Origin: an uncultured Aliarcobacter sp.
GTDB lineage: Bacteria > Campylobacterota > Campylobacteria > Campylobacterales > Arcobacteraceae
Direction: 5' to 3'
Length of the DNA: 64,000 nt
Assembly: GCA_963664305.2 (NCBI GenBank)
Contig: CAXXLV010000002.1
Span: 832,001 to 896,000, forward strand
In this document: one piece after another, positions 1 through 10,279 of the stretch
How the letters are laid out: each line of letters opens with the position of its first letter
Numbering within the stretch: position 1 is the stretch's first letter
Notes under the pieces: model-generated
The model's database searches: none
The model's input: the letters and a program-made list of their open reading frames with translations, nothing else
Told to the model about the DNA's origin: nothing
Translations under genes and position numbers: made by a program

Positions 1-144
1 TTCATAAGGATTATAAGTTATTGTTTCGATAGTTTCTAAAGGTTTTAATATTGTATCAACAACTACAACTTTAACACCCTCTTTTTCTAATATTTTTTTA
101 TTTTTATATAACTCAACTTGAGTCCATTCATCTTTAGAAAACAT
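1..144 (-). CDS. 5' part of a hypothetical protein running off the window
   Basis: ATG at 144 on minus strand with AAGGA upstream; open frame MFSKDEWTQVELYKNKKILEKEGVKVVVVDTILKP... to the window edge. Confidence 0.5.
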   Translation of the reverse strand, partial: MFSKDEWTQVELYKNKKILEKEGVKVVVVDTILKPLETIETITYNPYE

Positions 145-258
145 TTTAATAATTTCCTTTTTGTAAAAACTAATCTTAGTATATTCCCTATTAAATAAAA
201 GTAATTCTTATTCTATTTTAGATAAAATAACGAACAATAAGATAATAGGAAATAATTA

Positions 259-639
259 ATGAAAATATTGGTTACTGATGATTCAAAAATGGCAAGAAAA
301 ATGGTTATTAAAACTTTAAAAGATTCAACGAAAAAAGAGTTGGAAATATTTGAAGCCCAAAATGGTCAAGAAGCACTTGATTTATACAAAGAATTATCTC
401 CCAAAATTGTTTTTCTTGATTTAACTATGCCTATAATGGATGGATTTACAGCCTTAGAAAAAATTAAAGAATTTGATAAAAATGCAAAAGTAGTAATAGT
501 TTCTGCAGATATACAAAAAATTTCAATGGATAGAGTTTTAGCTCTTGGTGCGTTTAATTTTGTAAAAAAACCTATTGATATATCAAAAATGCAACAAATT
601 CTTAAAAAACTAGATGAATTGGAACATGATGGAATCTAA
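259..639 (+). CDS. single-domain response regulator (CheY-like receiver)
   Basis: ILVTDDS, FLDLTMP phospho-Asp, VSAD and KKP receiver motifs. Confidence 0.9.
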   Translation: MKILVTDDSKMARKMVIKTLKDSTKKELEIFEAQNGQEALDLYKELSPKIVFLDLTMPIMDGFTALEKIKEFDKNAKVVIVSADIQKISMDRVLALGAFNFVKKPIDISKMQQILKKLDELEHDGI

Positions 640-1246
640 AATAAATTTAACAGAAGATGAAAAAGATTGTCTACAAGAACTTATGAATGTAGCATATGGT
701 AGTGCAACAGCTGCAATAACTGAGATATTAAATGCATTTGCAAAATTATCTATTCCGAAAATTCAAATAATAAATGCTAGTGAATTAAAATCATATTTAT
801 CAAAAGAGTTAAATCTTGAAGAAGCTCACTTGGTAGCACTTCAACAAATAAATGGAACAATTAGTGGCGAAAATATGTTTGTTATTGATAAAAAATCAGC
901 AAGAAACATTGCCTGTAAATTTGGTTTAGATGAAGATGAAATAGATGATGATGAAGTTGCTGATATCGTTTTAGAAATCACAAATATTTTATCATCATCA
1001 ACTATTAGTAAATTAGCTGAAGATATTGATACAAATGTATCTTTTTCAGCACCATCTATAAAAACTTTAACATCAATAAATCAATTAAATAATTTATTTA
1101 TTAGCAAATATGAAAAAGTAATCATTATTTCAACTCAACTAATTTTTGAAGACTTAAATATTCAAGCTGAATTATTTATTTTTACAACTGATAATTCAAT
1201 TTTATATATAAAAGAAAAACTAAATAAAATATTGGATGAACTTTGA
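614..1246 (+). CDS. CheC-family phosphatase-like protein (true start probably 626/629)
   Basis: DCLQELMNVAYG and LEITNIL, two ExxN CheC motifs. Confidence 0.8.
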   Translation: MNWNMMESKINLTEDEKDCLQELMNVAYGSATAAITEILNAFAKLSIPKIQIINASELKSYLSKELNLEEAHLVALQQINGTISGENMFVIDKKSARNIACKFGLDEDEIDDDEVADIVLEITNILSSSTISKLAEDIDTNVSFSAPSIKTLTSINQLNNLFISKYEKVIIISTQLIFEDLNIQAELFIFTTDNSILYIKEKLNKILDEL

Positions 1247-2736
1247 AATTAGATAGTAGTAAATTTGATATTATTTGTAATACTGTAGATAATGGAATTA
1301 TTTTAATAAATAAAAATTTGGAAGTTCAATTTTGGAATAAATGGTTAGAAATTAGAACAGGTATTAGTTCTAATGAAATTATTAATAAAAAACTTATTGA
1401 TTTTTATCCAAATATTGATGAAAAAAAATTGGCAAGAAAAATTTCTACAGCTTTAAAATTAAATTCATCAACATTTTATACTCCTCAAATTAGTAAATTT
1501 TTAGTAAATATTGAATTAGGGAAAGTTACAGATAAAGTTTTTGATAATATGCAACAAAGTATTACAATAACTCCTTTAGATATTGAAAATGAGCTTGTAA
1601 TTATCTATATTTATGATGTTACGATGCTTTGTGAAATCAACTTTAAATTAAAAGAAATAAAAGAAAAAGTTGAAGAAAAAAATGAAGAATTAAATCTTTT
1701 ATTTGATACAACAATGGAAGCAATAATCTTATTTAAAGATGATAAAGTTGTTGATTGTAACAAAGTTGCTGTTGAACTACTAAACTATTCAACAAAATAT
1801 GATTTAATAAATAAAAATTTTCATGATTTAATTCATAGTAAAAGAATATTAGACAAAATACATGATAGACCACTTGAAACAACTATTTTAAGAAATAATC
1901 ATGATTCATTTAAGGCTTTAATTAATATAAAAGATACAATTATAAATTCTCAAATATTTAAAATTTTAACAATTGTAGATATAAGTGAAATAAAAAGAAA
2001 AGAGAATCTTCTAGCTGAACAATCAAAACTTGCTGCAATGGGAGAGATGATTGGAAATATTGCCCATCAATGGAGACAACCTTTAAATATTATTTCAATT
2101 ACTGCATCTAGTACTAAATTAAAAAAAGAGATTGGTTTATTAACTGATAAAATTTTATTGGATTCATTAAAATTAATTTCTGACACAACTGAACATTTAT
2201 CTAATACAATAGATGTATTTAAAGATTTCCTAAAAGAAGATAAAGAAAAATCTTTATTTAATTTGACTCAAAATATTCAAAATAATATTGCTTTAATTGA
2301 AACTATTTTGAATGAAAATAAAATTAGAATAGATTTAGATTTAGATGATGAAATATATTTATTTAACTTCTCAAATGAGTTTAGCCAAGCTTTAATTAAT
2401 ATTTTAAATAATGCTAGTGATGCAATTAGTTCTAAACTAAAACAAGATGAATTAAGACTAATAAAAATTTCAACAAAACAAATCAAAGATTCTGTTGAAA
2501 TAACTATTTTAGATAATGCTGGTGGAATAGAAAAAGATATAATTGAAAAAATATTTGAGCCTTATTTTACTACAAAACATAAGTTCCAAGGTACAGGTTT
2601 AGGTTTATATATGACTCATAAAATTATAAAAATGAGTATGAAAGGTAAAATTTCTGTTTCTAATAAAGAATTTATTTATGAAGATAAACAATATATTGGT
2701 GCAGAATTTAAAATCACTCTTCAAAGTAATACTTGA
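1243..2736 (+). CDS. PAS-domain sensor histidine kinase
   Basis: H-box IAHQWRQPL, N-box NILNNA, DNAGG, FEPYFTTK, GTGLGL; N-terminal PAS-like segments. Confidence 0.92.
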   Translation: MKLDSSKFDIICNTVDNGIILINKNLEVQFWNKWLEIRTGISSNEIINKKLIDFYPNIDEKKLARKISTALKLNSSTFYTPQISKFLVNIELGKVTDKVFDNMQQSITITPLDIENELVIIYIYDVTMLCEINFKLKEIKEKVEEKNEELNLLFDTTMEAIILFKDDKVVDCNKVAVELLNYSTKYDLINKNFHDLIHSKRILDKIHDRPLETTILRNNHDSFKALINIKDTIINSQIFKILTIVDISEIKRKENLLAEQSKLAAMGEMIGNIAHQWRQPLNIISITASSTKLKKEIGLLTDKILLDSLKLISDTTEHLSNTIDVFKDFLKEDKEKSLFNLTQNIQNNIALIETILNENKIRIDLDLDDEIYLFNFSNEFSQALINILNNASDAISSKLKQDELRLIKISTKQIKDSVEITILDNAGGIEKDIIEKIFEPYFTTKHKFQGTGLGLYMTHKIIKMSMKGKISVSNKEFIYEDKQYIGAEFKITLQSNT

Positions 2737-2766
2737 TTGACATTGACTCAACCTTTGTGATATAAT
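2732..2766 (+). promoter_or_regulatory. HAIR-like HspR operator and extended -10 promoter of cbpA-hspR
   Basis: CTTGATT-N7-ACTCAAC (2732-2752) versus HAIR consensus CTTGAGT-N7-ACTCAAG; TGATATAAT at 2758-2766. Confidence 0.75.
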
Positions 2767-2812
2767 TCTATTCTAAAAATAAAATTTTTAATAAATATGA
2801 ATAGGATATAAA

Positions 2813-3682
2813 ATGGCAAAAAGTTTATATGAAACATTAGAAGTAAATGAAAATGCTAGTGCTGAAGAGATAAAAAAAGCATATAGAAAACTAGCAAGAA
2901 AATACCATCCCGATGTAAATAAAGATCCTGGAGCAGAAGAAAAATTTAAAGAAATCAATGCTGCTTATGAAGTTTTAAGTAATCCAGAGAAAAAACAACA
3001 ATACGACCAATATGGTGATTCTATGTTTGGTGGACAAAATTTCCAAGATTTTGCAAGAGCTCAAGGTTCAAATGTAGATTTAGATGAAATTTTGAGACAA
3101 ATGTTTGGTGGAGCTGGAGGTTTTGGAGGTTCTGGATTCTCAAGAGGAGGATTTGGTGGATTTGGAGGTTTTAGTGAACCTGACTTAGATACAAATGCAC
3201 AAATTACTATTCCTTTTGATGTTGCTATTCTTGGAGGAAAACAACATATCAGTTTAAATAATGATTCTTTTGATGTGAAAATTCCTGAAGGAATTGAAGA
3301 TGGTCAAAAAATTAGAGCAAAAGGAAGAGGAAAATCATATCAAGGTCAAAAAGGTGATTTAATCCTAAAAATAAATGTTGCTCAAAGTCCTGAATATACA
3401 AGAGAAGGTGATACTTTAACTAAATATTTTGATTTACCTTTAAAAACTGCATTATTTGGTGGAAAAATTGAAATAAAAACTATACACAAAAATATTACAT
3501 TAAAAGTTCCAGAAAATACAAAACAAAATCAAAGATTTAGAGTAAAAGAACTTGGGGCTTTAAATAGAAAAACAGGAAATAAAGGTGATTTATATCTAAA
3601 AGCAAACATAGTTTTACCAAGAATTGAAGATTTAGATTCAGAATTAGTAAAAATGTTGGAAGCAAAGCTTCCTGAAAAATAA
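2813..3682 (+). CDS. cbpA: DnaJ-class co-chaperone CbpA
   Basis: J domain with HPD, G/F-rich linker, no zinc finger, directly upstream of hspR. Confidence 0.9.
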   Translation: MAKSLYETLEVNENASAEEIKKAYRKLARKYHPDVNKDPGAEEKFKEINAAYEVLSNPEKKQQYDQYGDSMFGGQNFQDFARAQGSNVDLDEILRQMFGGAGGFGGSGFSRGGFGGFGGFSEPDLDTNAQITIPFDVAILGGKQHISLNNDSFDVKIPEGIEDGQKIRAKGRGKSYQGQKGDLILKINVAQSPEYTREGDTLTKYFDLPLKTALFGGKIEIKTIHKNITLKVPENTKQNQRFRVKELGALNRKTGNKGDLYLKANIVLPRIEDLDSELVKMLEAKLPEK

Positions 3683-3694
3683 AAAGGATTTTTC

Positions 3695-4075
3695 ATGGAA
3701 ACAAATAGCTATATTGAACCTGTATATTTAATTTCAGCAGTTGCTGAAATATTAAATATTCATCCTCAAACATTAAGACAATATGAAAGAGAAGGTCTTA
3801 TAAAACCTTCAAGAACAAATGGGAAAATAAGACTATATTCACAAAAAGATATTGACCATATAAAATATGTTCTTACTCTTACAAGAGAACTTGGTGTAAA
3901 TCTAGCTGGTGTTGATATTATTTTACAATTAAATAAAAAAATTGAAGAGTTAGAAAAAGATGTTTATGTCTATAAAAGTAAAATAAAAAGCATAAATTCT
4001 CTTTCTGTCGTACCTGACACAAAAGCTTTAGTAGTTCAAAAAACCACTTTTGATATGGTTATTGTTAAGAAATAG
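3695..4075 (+). CDS. hspR: heat-shock repressor HspR (MerR family)
   Basis: EPVYLISAVAEILNIHPQTLRQYEREGL and LGVNLAGV. Confidence 0.93.
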   Translation: METNSYIEPVYLISAVAEILNIHPQTLRQYEREGLIKPSRTNGKIRLYSQKDIDHIKYVLTLTRELGVNLAGVDIILQLNKKIEELEKDVYVYKSKIKSINSLSVVPDTKALVVQKTTFDMVIVKK

Positions 4076-4095
4076 CTATCAATAGCTATTTCTTA
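4066..4095. terminator. bidirectional terminator hairpin
   Basis: TAAGAAATAGCTAT-CA-ATAGCTATTTCTTA between convergent genes. Confidence 0.65.
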
Positions 4096-4686
4096 TGAAA
4101 ATCTTAATATGAATGCCAATCGATTAGAAACATTAAATTTTTCATAAATACTCTTTGTATGAGCCTTTACAGTACGAATAGAAATATTTAATTTTTCTGA
4201 AATAAAAGAATAAGGTAATTTTTCTAAAACAAGTAAAGCAACCTCTTTTTCTCTATCTGTTAGTATATTTAATCTTTCATCAACATTTTTTAACTCTTTT
4301 GGTAAAGTCATATTTGATACTAATATATTTATAAATTCAGGATATAACCATATATTACCTGCTTTTACACTATCAATTACATCTTTTAAATGTATATCGT
4401 TTATCATCATATTTGCATATGCTTTTATTCCCATCGAAATAAAATTTCTTCCTTTTTCAAAGGTAGGAACAGGATCTAAAATAATGATATTTACATCTTT
4501 TTGATTAACTTCATCAATCAATTTTAAATTAGATTCTTTTTCAAAATTTATATTTGAAATAATCATTATATCACCACTTTTTATCAAAAAAAACTGACTA
4601 TTATCAATGATTTTATAATCATAATTTTTCAATGAATTATTATATCTATCAATTAAATTTAAATCATTTCCGTAAATATAGATCAT
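4093..4686 (-). CDS. LuxR-family HTH regulator with degenerate receiver
   Basis: LTDREKEVA...ISIRTVKAHTKSIYEKFNVSNRL; last gene of T1SS operon. Confidence 0.88.
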   Translation of the reverse strand: MIYIYGNDLNLIDRYNNSLKNYDYKIIDNSQFFLIKSGDIMIISNINFEKESNLKLIDEVNQKDVNIIILDPVPTFEKGRNFISMGIKAYANMMINDIHLKDVIDSVKAGNIWLYPEFINILVSNMTLPKELKNVDERLNILTDREKEVALLVLEKLPYSFISEKLNISIRTVKAHTKSIYEKFNVSNRLAFILRFS

Positions 4687-4690
4687 TTTG

Positions 4691-6025
4691 TCACCTTTCT
4701 GTAAAAGTGTATTGTTTTGCCCTAAATATTGGTTTCATTATGTAGTCAAATACTGTTTTCTTTCCTGTTAAAATATCTACATTTACAACCATTCCAGGAA
4801 TAATTGGTAATTTTTGATTACCCTTTTCAAGATGACTATTTTGAGTTTGAATATTTATATTATAAAAACTCTCTTTTTTATTTTCATCCATTTCAGTATC
4901 TGGACTAATTTTTATAACTCGTCCTTCAAGTCCACCATAAATAGCATAATCATAAGCAGTAAATTTAACTTGAGCTTTTTGATCATAATGAATAAATGCT
5001 ATATCTGATGGTTTTATTTTTGTTTGAATCAATAAATTTTCACCTGTTGGTACAAGTTCAACTAAATTGTCACCAGGCTTGATTACCCCTCCAATTGTAT
5101 TAAAAAATACTTTTTGAATAATCCCATCATTTGGTGAATAAACATTTGTTCTAAAAACTTTATCTTTTAGATTATTTATATTAGCATTTATTCTTTCCAA
5201 TTCTGCACTTGATTCATTTAATTGTTCTTGTGCAGTTTTTTTAAAATTTTCTTTTGATTCAGAAATTTTATTTTTTGTCTCTTCAATTAATGATTCAATT
5301 TTAGGAATTGAAATTTTTGCTTCTGCTAATTGCATTGAAATATTATTAGCATCTCTTTTTATTTTTAATAATTCTGCTTGAGATTTTAATTTTTTAGCAA
5401 CTAATGGCTCTGCAATTCTTAACTCTTGAATAACTAAAGAGTATTCACTACTTAAATAATTTATACTACTTTTTGTAGAGTTCAAATCATTTATTTTTTG
5501 TTTAAGTTGTTCTTCTAAACCACTTATTTCTGAATTTAATCTATTTCTATTTAATTCAAATAGATTAATTTCTAATCGTTCATAATGTTTAAACTCTTCA
5601 GGTGCTTTATCATCTACAATAAATTCTGTTCCATCAATTTCAGCTATTAATCTTTTAACTTTTGCTTTTAATTCTAATGATTTTAAATTTGTTGCTTCAT
5701 AATCAGCTATAGATTTTTGATTATCAATTCTTAATAAGATATCACCTTTTTTTACAATATCACCTTCTTTAACAAAAATCTGTTCAAGAATTCCTCCCTC
5801 AAGATTTTGAATCATTTTATTTTCATCAAAAGAGATAACTTTACCCTCTCCTCTTACAATTTCATCGACTTCTGAAAAATATGCCCAAACAATAAATAAA
5901 AAAACTGTTACAATCCAAACCCAAAGAATAATTTTCAATTTTTTAGGACTTTTTTCTAAAATTGCTGAATTTAAACTATTCATAAATTCATAATCAGCTT
6001 CTGTGTAATTAAATTTATTTTTCAA
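4691..6025 (-). CDS. T1SS membrane fusion protein (HlyD/LapC family)
   Basis: N-terminal TM, IQNLEGGIL, coiled coil, IIPGMVVNVDILTGKKTVFDYIMKP. Confidence 0.93.
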   Translation of the reverse strand: MKNKFNYTEADYEFMNSLNSAILEKSPKKLKIILWVWIVTVFLFIVWAYFSEVDEIVRGEGKVISFDENKMIQNLEGGILEQIFVKEGDIVKKGDILLRIDNQKSIADYEATNLKSLELKAKVKRLIAEIDGTEFIVDDKAPEEFKHYERLEINLFELNRNRLNSEISGLEEQLKQKINDLNSTKSSINYLSSEYSLVIQELRIAEPLVAKKLKSQAELLKIKRDANNISMQLAEAKISIPKIESLIEETKNKISESKENFKKTAQEQLNESSAELERINANINNLKDKVFRTNVYSPNDGIIQKVFFNTIGGVIKPGDNLVELVPTGENLLIQTKIKPSDIAFIHYDQKAQVKFTAYDYAIYGGLEGRVIKISPDTEMDENKKESFYNINIQTQNSHLEKGNQKLPIIPGMVVNVDILTGKKTVFDYIMKPIFRAKQYTFTER

Positions 6026-8186
6026 TGTTATCTCCTTGAGATAAAGCCTTAATTACAGCATCTTTATCACCATATAGATATATTGTATTATTATTTAATA
6101 CTATAATTTTCTCAACAATTTGAAGAATAGGCATTTTTTGAGTAACAATAAGTAGTGTTTTATTTTTCATAAATTTATTTAAGTTACTTAAGACATTATC
6201 TTCTGTTTGCTTATCCATTGAGCTTGTTGGCTCATCAAAAAGATTAATTGGATAATCAAATAAACAGGCTCTTGAAATACCAACTGATTGAATTTGTCCA
6301 CCAGATAAGCCTTCTCCTTTTTCACCTATTTCCATATCATATCCTCTTGGATGTGCATTTGCAAAACTATCAACGCCTGCTATTTTTGCAGCCTTTAACA
6401 TTGTTTCATCATTAACAAAAGAAGCTCTAAATGTAATATTATCTCTCAATGTTCCATTAAATAAAGAAACATGCTGAGAAAGATAACTCATATTTCTTCT
6501 TATATCTGCTGGGTCTAATTGTGTGATATCAATATCATCAATTAAAATTGATCCATTCGTTGGTTCATAAAGTTTTAAAATTAATTTTAAAATTGTACTT
6601 TTACCAGTTCCTATTTTCCCTAAAATAGCAACTCTTTCTCCTGGATTTATCGTAAATGAAACATTTTTTAAAATTTCCACTTCAGTATTTGGATATTTAA
6701 AAGTAACATTTCTAAACTCAATTTTTCCATCAAAACTTTTTTTAGAAACAAAATCACTCTCTTTTGGTCTCTCTTCTGGTTTATGCATTAAATCATTCAA
6801 AATTCTATAAGAATTTGAAGCGTCTTCATAATTAGTGATTAATCCTGCTGCTTGTCCCATAGGAGCAACTGCTCTTGATGATAAAATAACAATAGCAATT
6901 AATGCTCCCATTGTTAATTCAAAATCTTTAATTAAATATACACCTGTAATAACTATTGCAATAGTATTAAATTGTATTAATAATGCTGTAAAAGATGGAA
7001 TAAATGCTGATAACATTCTAGATAAAAGACCTGTTTGAGCAATATTACCATTACTCTCTTCCCAATTCCATCTTATGTTATTATTTCCACCTAAGCTTTT
7101 TAAAGTTTCAATATTATTTAATACTTCAATTAATATTGCATTCTTTTTTGAAACTATTTCATTTATTTTTTTTATATTTCTTTGAATTGGAATTTTTAAA
7201 ATTATTGCCATAAGTAAAATTAACAATATTACAATAATAGGTATAATAACAATAATTCCTCCTAGATAATATATTACAATCAAAAAGATTATAGAAAAAG
7301 GAAGATCTATAAAAGCAACTAATGTTGCATTCGTTAAAAATCCTCTAATTACATCAAAGTTTTTTAAATTATTTGCAAAAGAACCAATTGGTTTTGGAAT
7401 TTGTTCTAACTTTAATCCTAAAACTTTTTCAAAAATTATTGATGACATAATTATGTCACTCTTTTTTGCAGCTATTTCTAGAAAATAACTTCTTATTAAT
7501 TTTAAAGAAATATCTAAAAAGTAAACTAATAATACTCCAAATGCAAAAAACCATAAAGTTTCTACAGCATTATTTGGTATAACCCTATCATAAACACTCA
7601 TTGTAAATAAAGGTGTAGCTAAAACAAAAAGGTTTATTAATATTGAAGCAAAAATAACATCAATATAAATTCCTCTTGAAATTTTTAGTGTACTCCAAAA
7701 CCAATGTTTAACAACAAAATCAGACTGATTTCTTTTATCAGAATCTACAAAATTAAAATTCTTTTTAATTAAAATTGCAAAACCTAAATATTCTTGTTTA
7801 ATAGCATCAATATCAAACCATTCTTCAACAATATCTCCAGATAATTCTGAAATAATCTTAACTTTTTTTCTATCTTCTGAAAATGAATCTACAATACAAC
7901 TATTTGAATTATTCATCAATAAAATAATTGGTAACTGTAAATTTGAGATATCATCTAAATCTTTTTTTATAAATTTAGTTTTTAATCCAGCATTTGCTGC
8001 TGCTCTTGAGAAAAGTCCTTTTGAACTATTCAAGGAGAATAATTCAGGACTTTCTTTACCTTTTTCAATAGGCAAATCATGAATTAAAGACTCCTTGGAA
8101 TAAGCCTTATTATAAAATTTTGTATATGTTACTAATGAATCAAGAAGAGAATCTAAAGTCTCTTCTTCACTTATATATTCTTTCAT
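6015..8186 (-). CDS. T1SS permease/ATPase (LapB/HlyB family)
   Basis: C39-like N-terminus, VYDRVIPN, Walker A GKIGTGKST, LSGGQ. Confidence 0.93.
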   Translation of the reverse strand: MKEYISEEETLDSLLDSLVTYTKFYNKAYSKESLIHDLPIEKGKESPELFSLNSSKGLFSRAAANAGLKTKFIKKDLDDISNLQLPIILLMNNSNSCIVDSFSEDRKKVKIISELSGDIVEEWFDIDAIKQEYLGFAILIKKNFNFVDSDKRNQSDFVVKHWFWSTLKISRGIYIDVIFASILINLFVLATPLFTMSVYDRVIPNNAVETLWFFAFGVLLVYFLDISLKLIRSYFLEIAAKKSDIIMSSIIFEKVLGLKLEQIPKPIGSFANNLKNFDVIRGFLTNATLVAFIDLPFSIIFLIVIYYLGGIIVIIPIIVILLILLMAIILKIPIQRNIKKINEIVSKKNAILIEVLNNIETLKSLGGNNNIRWNWEESNGNIAQTGLLSRMLSAFIPSFTALLIQFNTIAIVITGVYLIKDFELTMGALIAIVILSSRAVAPMGQAAGLITNYEDASNSYRILNDLMHKPEERPKESDFVSKKSFDGKIEFRNVTFKYPNTEVEILKNVSFTINPGERVAILGKIGTGKSTILKLILKLYEPTNGSILIDDIDITQLDPADIRRNMSYLSQHVSLFNGTLRDNITFRASFVNDETMLKAAKIAGVDSFANAHPRGYDMEIGEKGEGLSGGQIQSVGISRACLFDYPINLFDEPTSSMDKQTEDNVLSNLNKFMKNKTLLIVTQKMPILQIVEKIIVLNNNTIYLYGDKDAVIKALSQGDNIEK

Positions 8187-8200
8187 TTAGCTCCTAATTA

Positions 8201-10045
8201 TTATAAAACATATTGTTCTTTTACACTTTTTACATTTTCAACATAAGGTTTATTTATTTTTACAACATTAGGTAATTTTGCTAACTCTTCATAAGCTTCT
8301 TTTTTTGTATCAAAAGCACCATAAACAACTTTATATAACTCTTTTTTAGAATCTTTTGTCAGATATTTTATAGTATATACATTCTCACTATTTAAATGAC
8401 TTTCAGATAAAAACTGATTTAAACTATCTTTTGAAGCAAATGTAGCTACATTAATTGTAAATCCATTTTCTGCTTTCATAAATGAATTTGTTGAATTTTC
8501 ATTTGATGGAGTCACTACTTCATTAGTTGACGTTTCATTTTGTAATAAATCTTTTTCCGAAGAAATTTCATTTGTTTTTACAGGTTCAATAACTTTTTTT
8601 TCTTCTACAGCACAACCAAACATATCAACTTTCATTCCTAAAGAAGTATTATCACATAAGTCCATGCTATCATCAACTTTATCTTTATCTAAATCACTTC
8701 TATCTTGTAATTCATAATCTGTTGTATTTTCATGATTTGCAAGTACTGGTTTGTAATATTTAACTGCATCACCTTTATATAAAGAGTTTACTAATTCTCC
8801 CATTGCATCTAAAACTCTATATTTTGCAAATATTAAATCATAATTTGCAGTAATTAATTTATTTCTAGCTGATATATAATCATCTTGAGCTGTTAATAAA
8901 TCAATTAAAGTTCTAGTACCAGCTTCAAACTCTTCTTTATATAAATCTAAAGTTGCTTTACTTTGTTGTTGATATGATTGTAAAAATATAATTTGTTTTT
9001 GAAGCATTGTATATGCTGACCATGATAAATCCAATCCTTCAATAATTTGTCTTTTTATATCTCTTTGAGTTTCATACTCTTGTTTTATATTCATTTTGCT
9101 TTTTCTAACAGCATTAATATCAGCTTGTCCATTATATAAATTTTGTCTATAAACAATTAAAGCTGAATAATTTCTTTCATGACCTTGATCTCCACCAGTA
9201 TTTCTATCGTAGTTATATGCTAATTCAAAATCTACAGTTGGTGAGAATTTACTTCTACTTTGAACTAATTGAGCTTTTGCCGTTTCAATATTATAATTTG
9301 TAACAAGCATCGAAGGATTAAATTTAACCGCATGACTTAATGCTTCTTCTTTTGTTTTTGGTAAATCTAGATTTGAAGCAGGAAGAGTCAATTCATCTTT
9401 TGGAATTCTTTTACCAGTTAATTTTGCTAAATTAAACTGTGCATCCATTAAATTATTTTCTTGTGTTAAAAGATTAAATTCTGCTAATTGTAAACTAGAA
9501 TCAACTTTTTTTACATCAGAGATTAATCCAGAACCACCATCAGCTAAATTTTGAGTTTTTTCTAATATATCTCTTGTTAAAAGAACATTTTCTTTCTCTA
9601 ATTCATGTAATTCATTAAATTTTAATACATTTATATATTGTCTAATTAAATTGAAAGCAACATCATTTGTTTGTTCAACATAATTATAAGCTGCAGCCAT
9701 TACTCTTGCTTCTTCAAATTTAACTCTATATGTTGTATTTAAACCATTAAACAAATTTTGAGTTAATACTAAAGAGTTTCTATATGTGTGATAACCTACA
9801 TCATTTACTCCACCAACTTGTTCTAAAGTTTTTTCATAACCAAACTTTCCAACATAATCAAGTGTAGGTTGATACTCTGATTTTGCGATTTTTAAATCAT
9901 AAACTGTTTTTTCATAATTATTAAGTCTTTCTTGAATTAATGGGTTATTAACCAACACATCATCCAACACCTGATTTAGTTCAACTGCCGATAAAGTCGA
10001 AGCTAAAATAATTGATGAGAAAACTGATATACATACCTTTTTCAT
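8201..10045 (-). CDS. TolC/LapE-family outer-membrane channel with C-terminal SPOR-like domain
   Basis: signal peptide, LTQNLFNG, GTRTLIDLL; then DKDKVDDSMDLC...FGC linker and FTINVATF...YKVVYGAFDTKKEA. Confidence 0.88.
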   Translation of the reverse strand: MKKVCISVFSSIILASTLSAVELNQVLDDVLVNNPLIQERLNNYEKTVYDLKIAKSEYQPTLDYVGKFGYEKTLEQVGGVNDVGYHTYRNSLVLTQNLFNGLNTTYRVKFEEARVMAAAYNYVEQTNDVAFNLIRQYINVLKFNELHELEKENVLLTRDILEKTQNLADGGSGLISDVKKVDSSLQLAEFNLLTQENNLMDAQFNLAKLTGKRIPKDELTLPASNLDLPKTKEEALSHAVKFNPSMLVTNYNIETAKAQLVQSRSKFSPTVDFELAYNYDRNTGGDQGHERNYSALIVYRQNLYNGQADINAVRKSKMNIKQEYETQRDIKRQIIEGLDLSWSAYTMLQKQIIFLQSYQQQSKATLDLYKEEFEAGTRTLIDLLTAQDDYISARNKLITANYDLIFAKYRVLDAMGELVNSLYKGDAVKYYKPVLANHENTTDYELQDRSDLDKDKVDDSMDLCDNTSLGMKVDMFGCAVEEKKVIEPVKTNEISSEKDLLQNETSTNEVVTPSNENSTNSFMKAENGFTINVATFASKDSLNQFLSESHLNSENVYTIKYLTKDSKKELYKVVYGAFDTKKEAYEELAKLPNVVKINKPYVENVKSVKEQYVL

Positions 10046-10279
10046 GACGTTCTCCTTTGTGTCTATAAAGCTATCATTACATAAGAATTATTAAACTAAT
10101 CTTATAAAAATAACTCAATATTACACTATTCTTACACTTTTTTTACATTTTTTAGTTATTTAATAAGATATTTAATTATTATATAAATTATTTATTTAAT
10201 AAGTTCTATTTAATAAAGTTTGTAATATAAATATAATTTATAATTTATTATTAAATATAATCTATACTTATAAGGTTTT

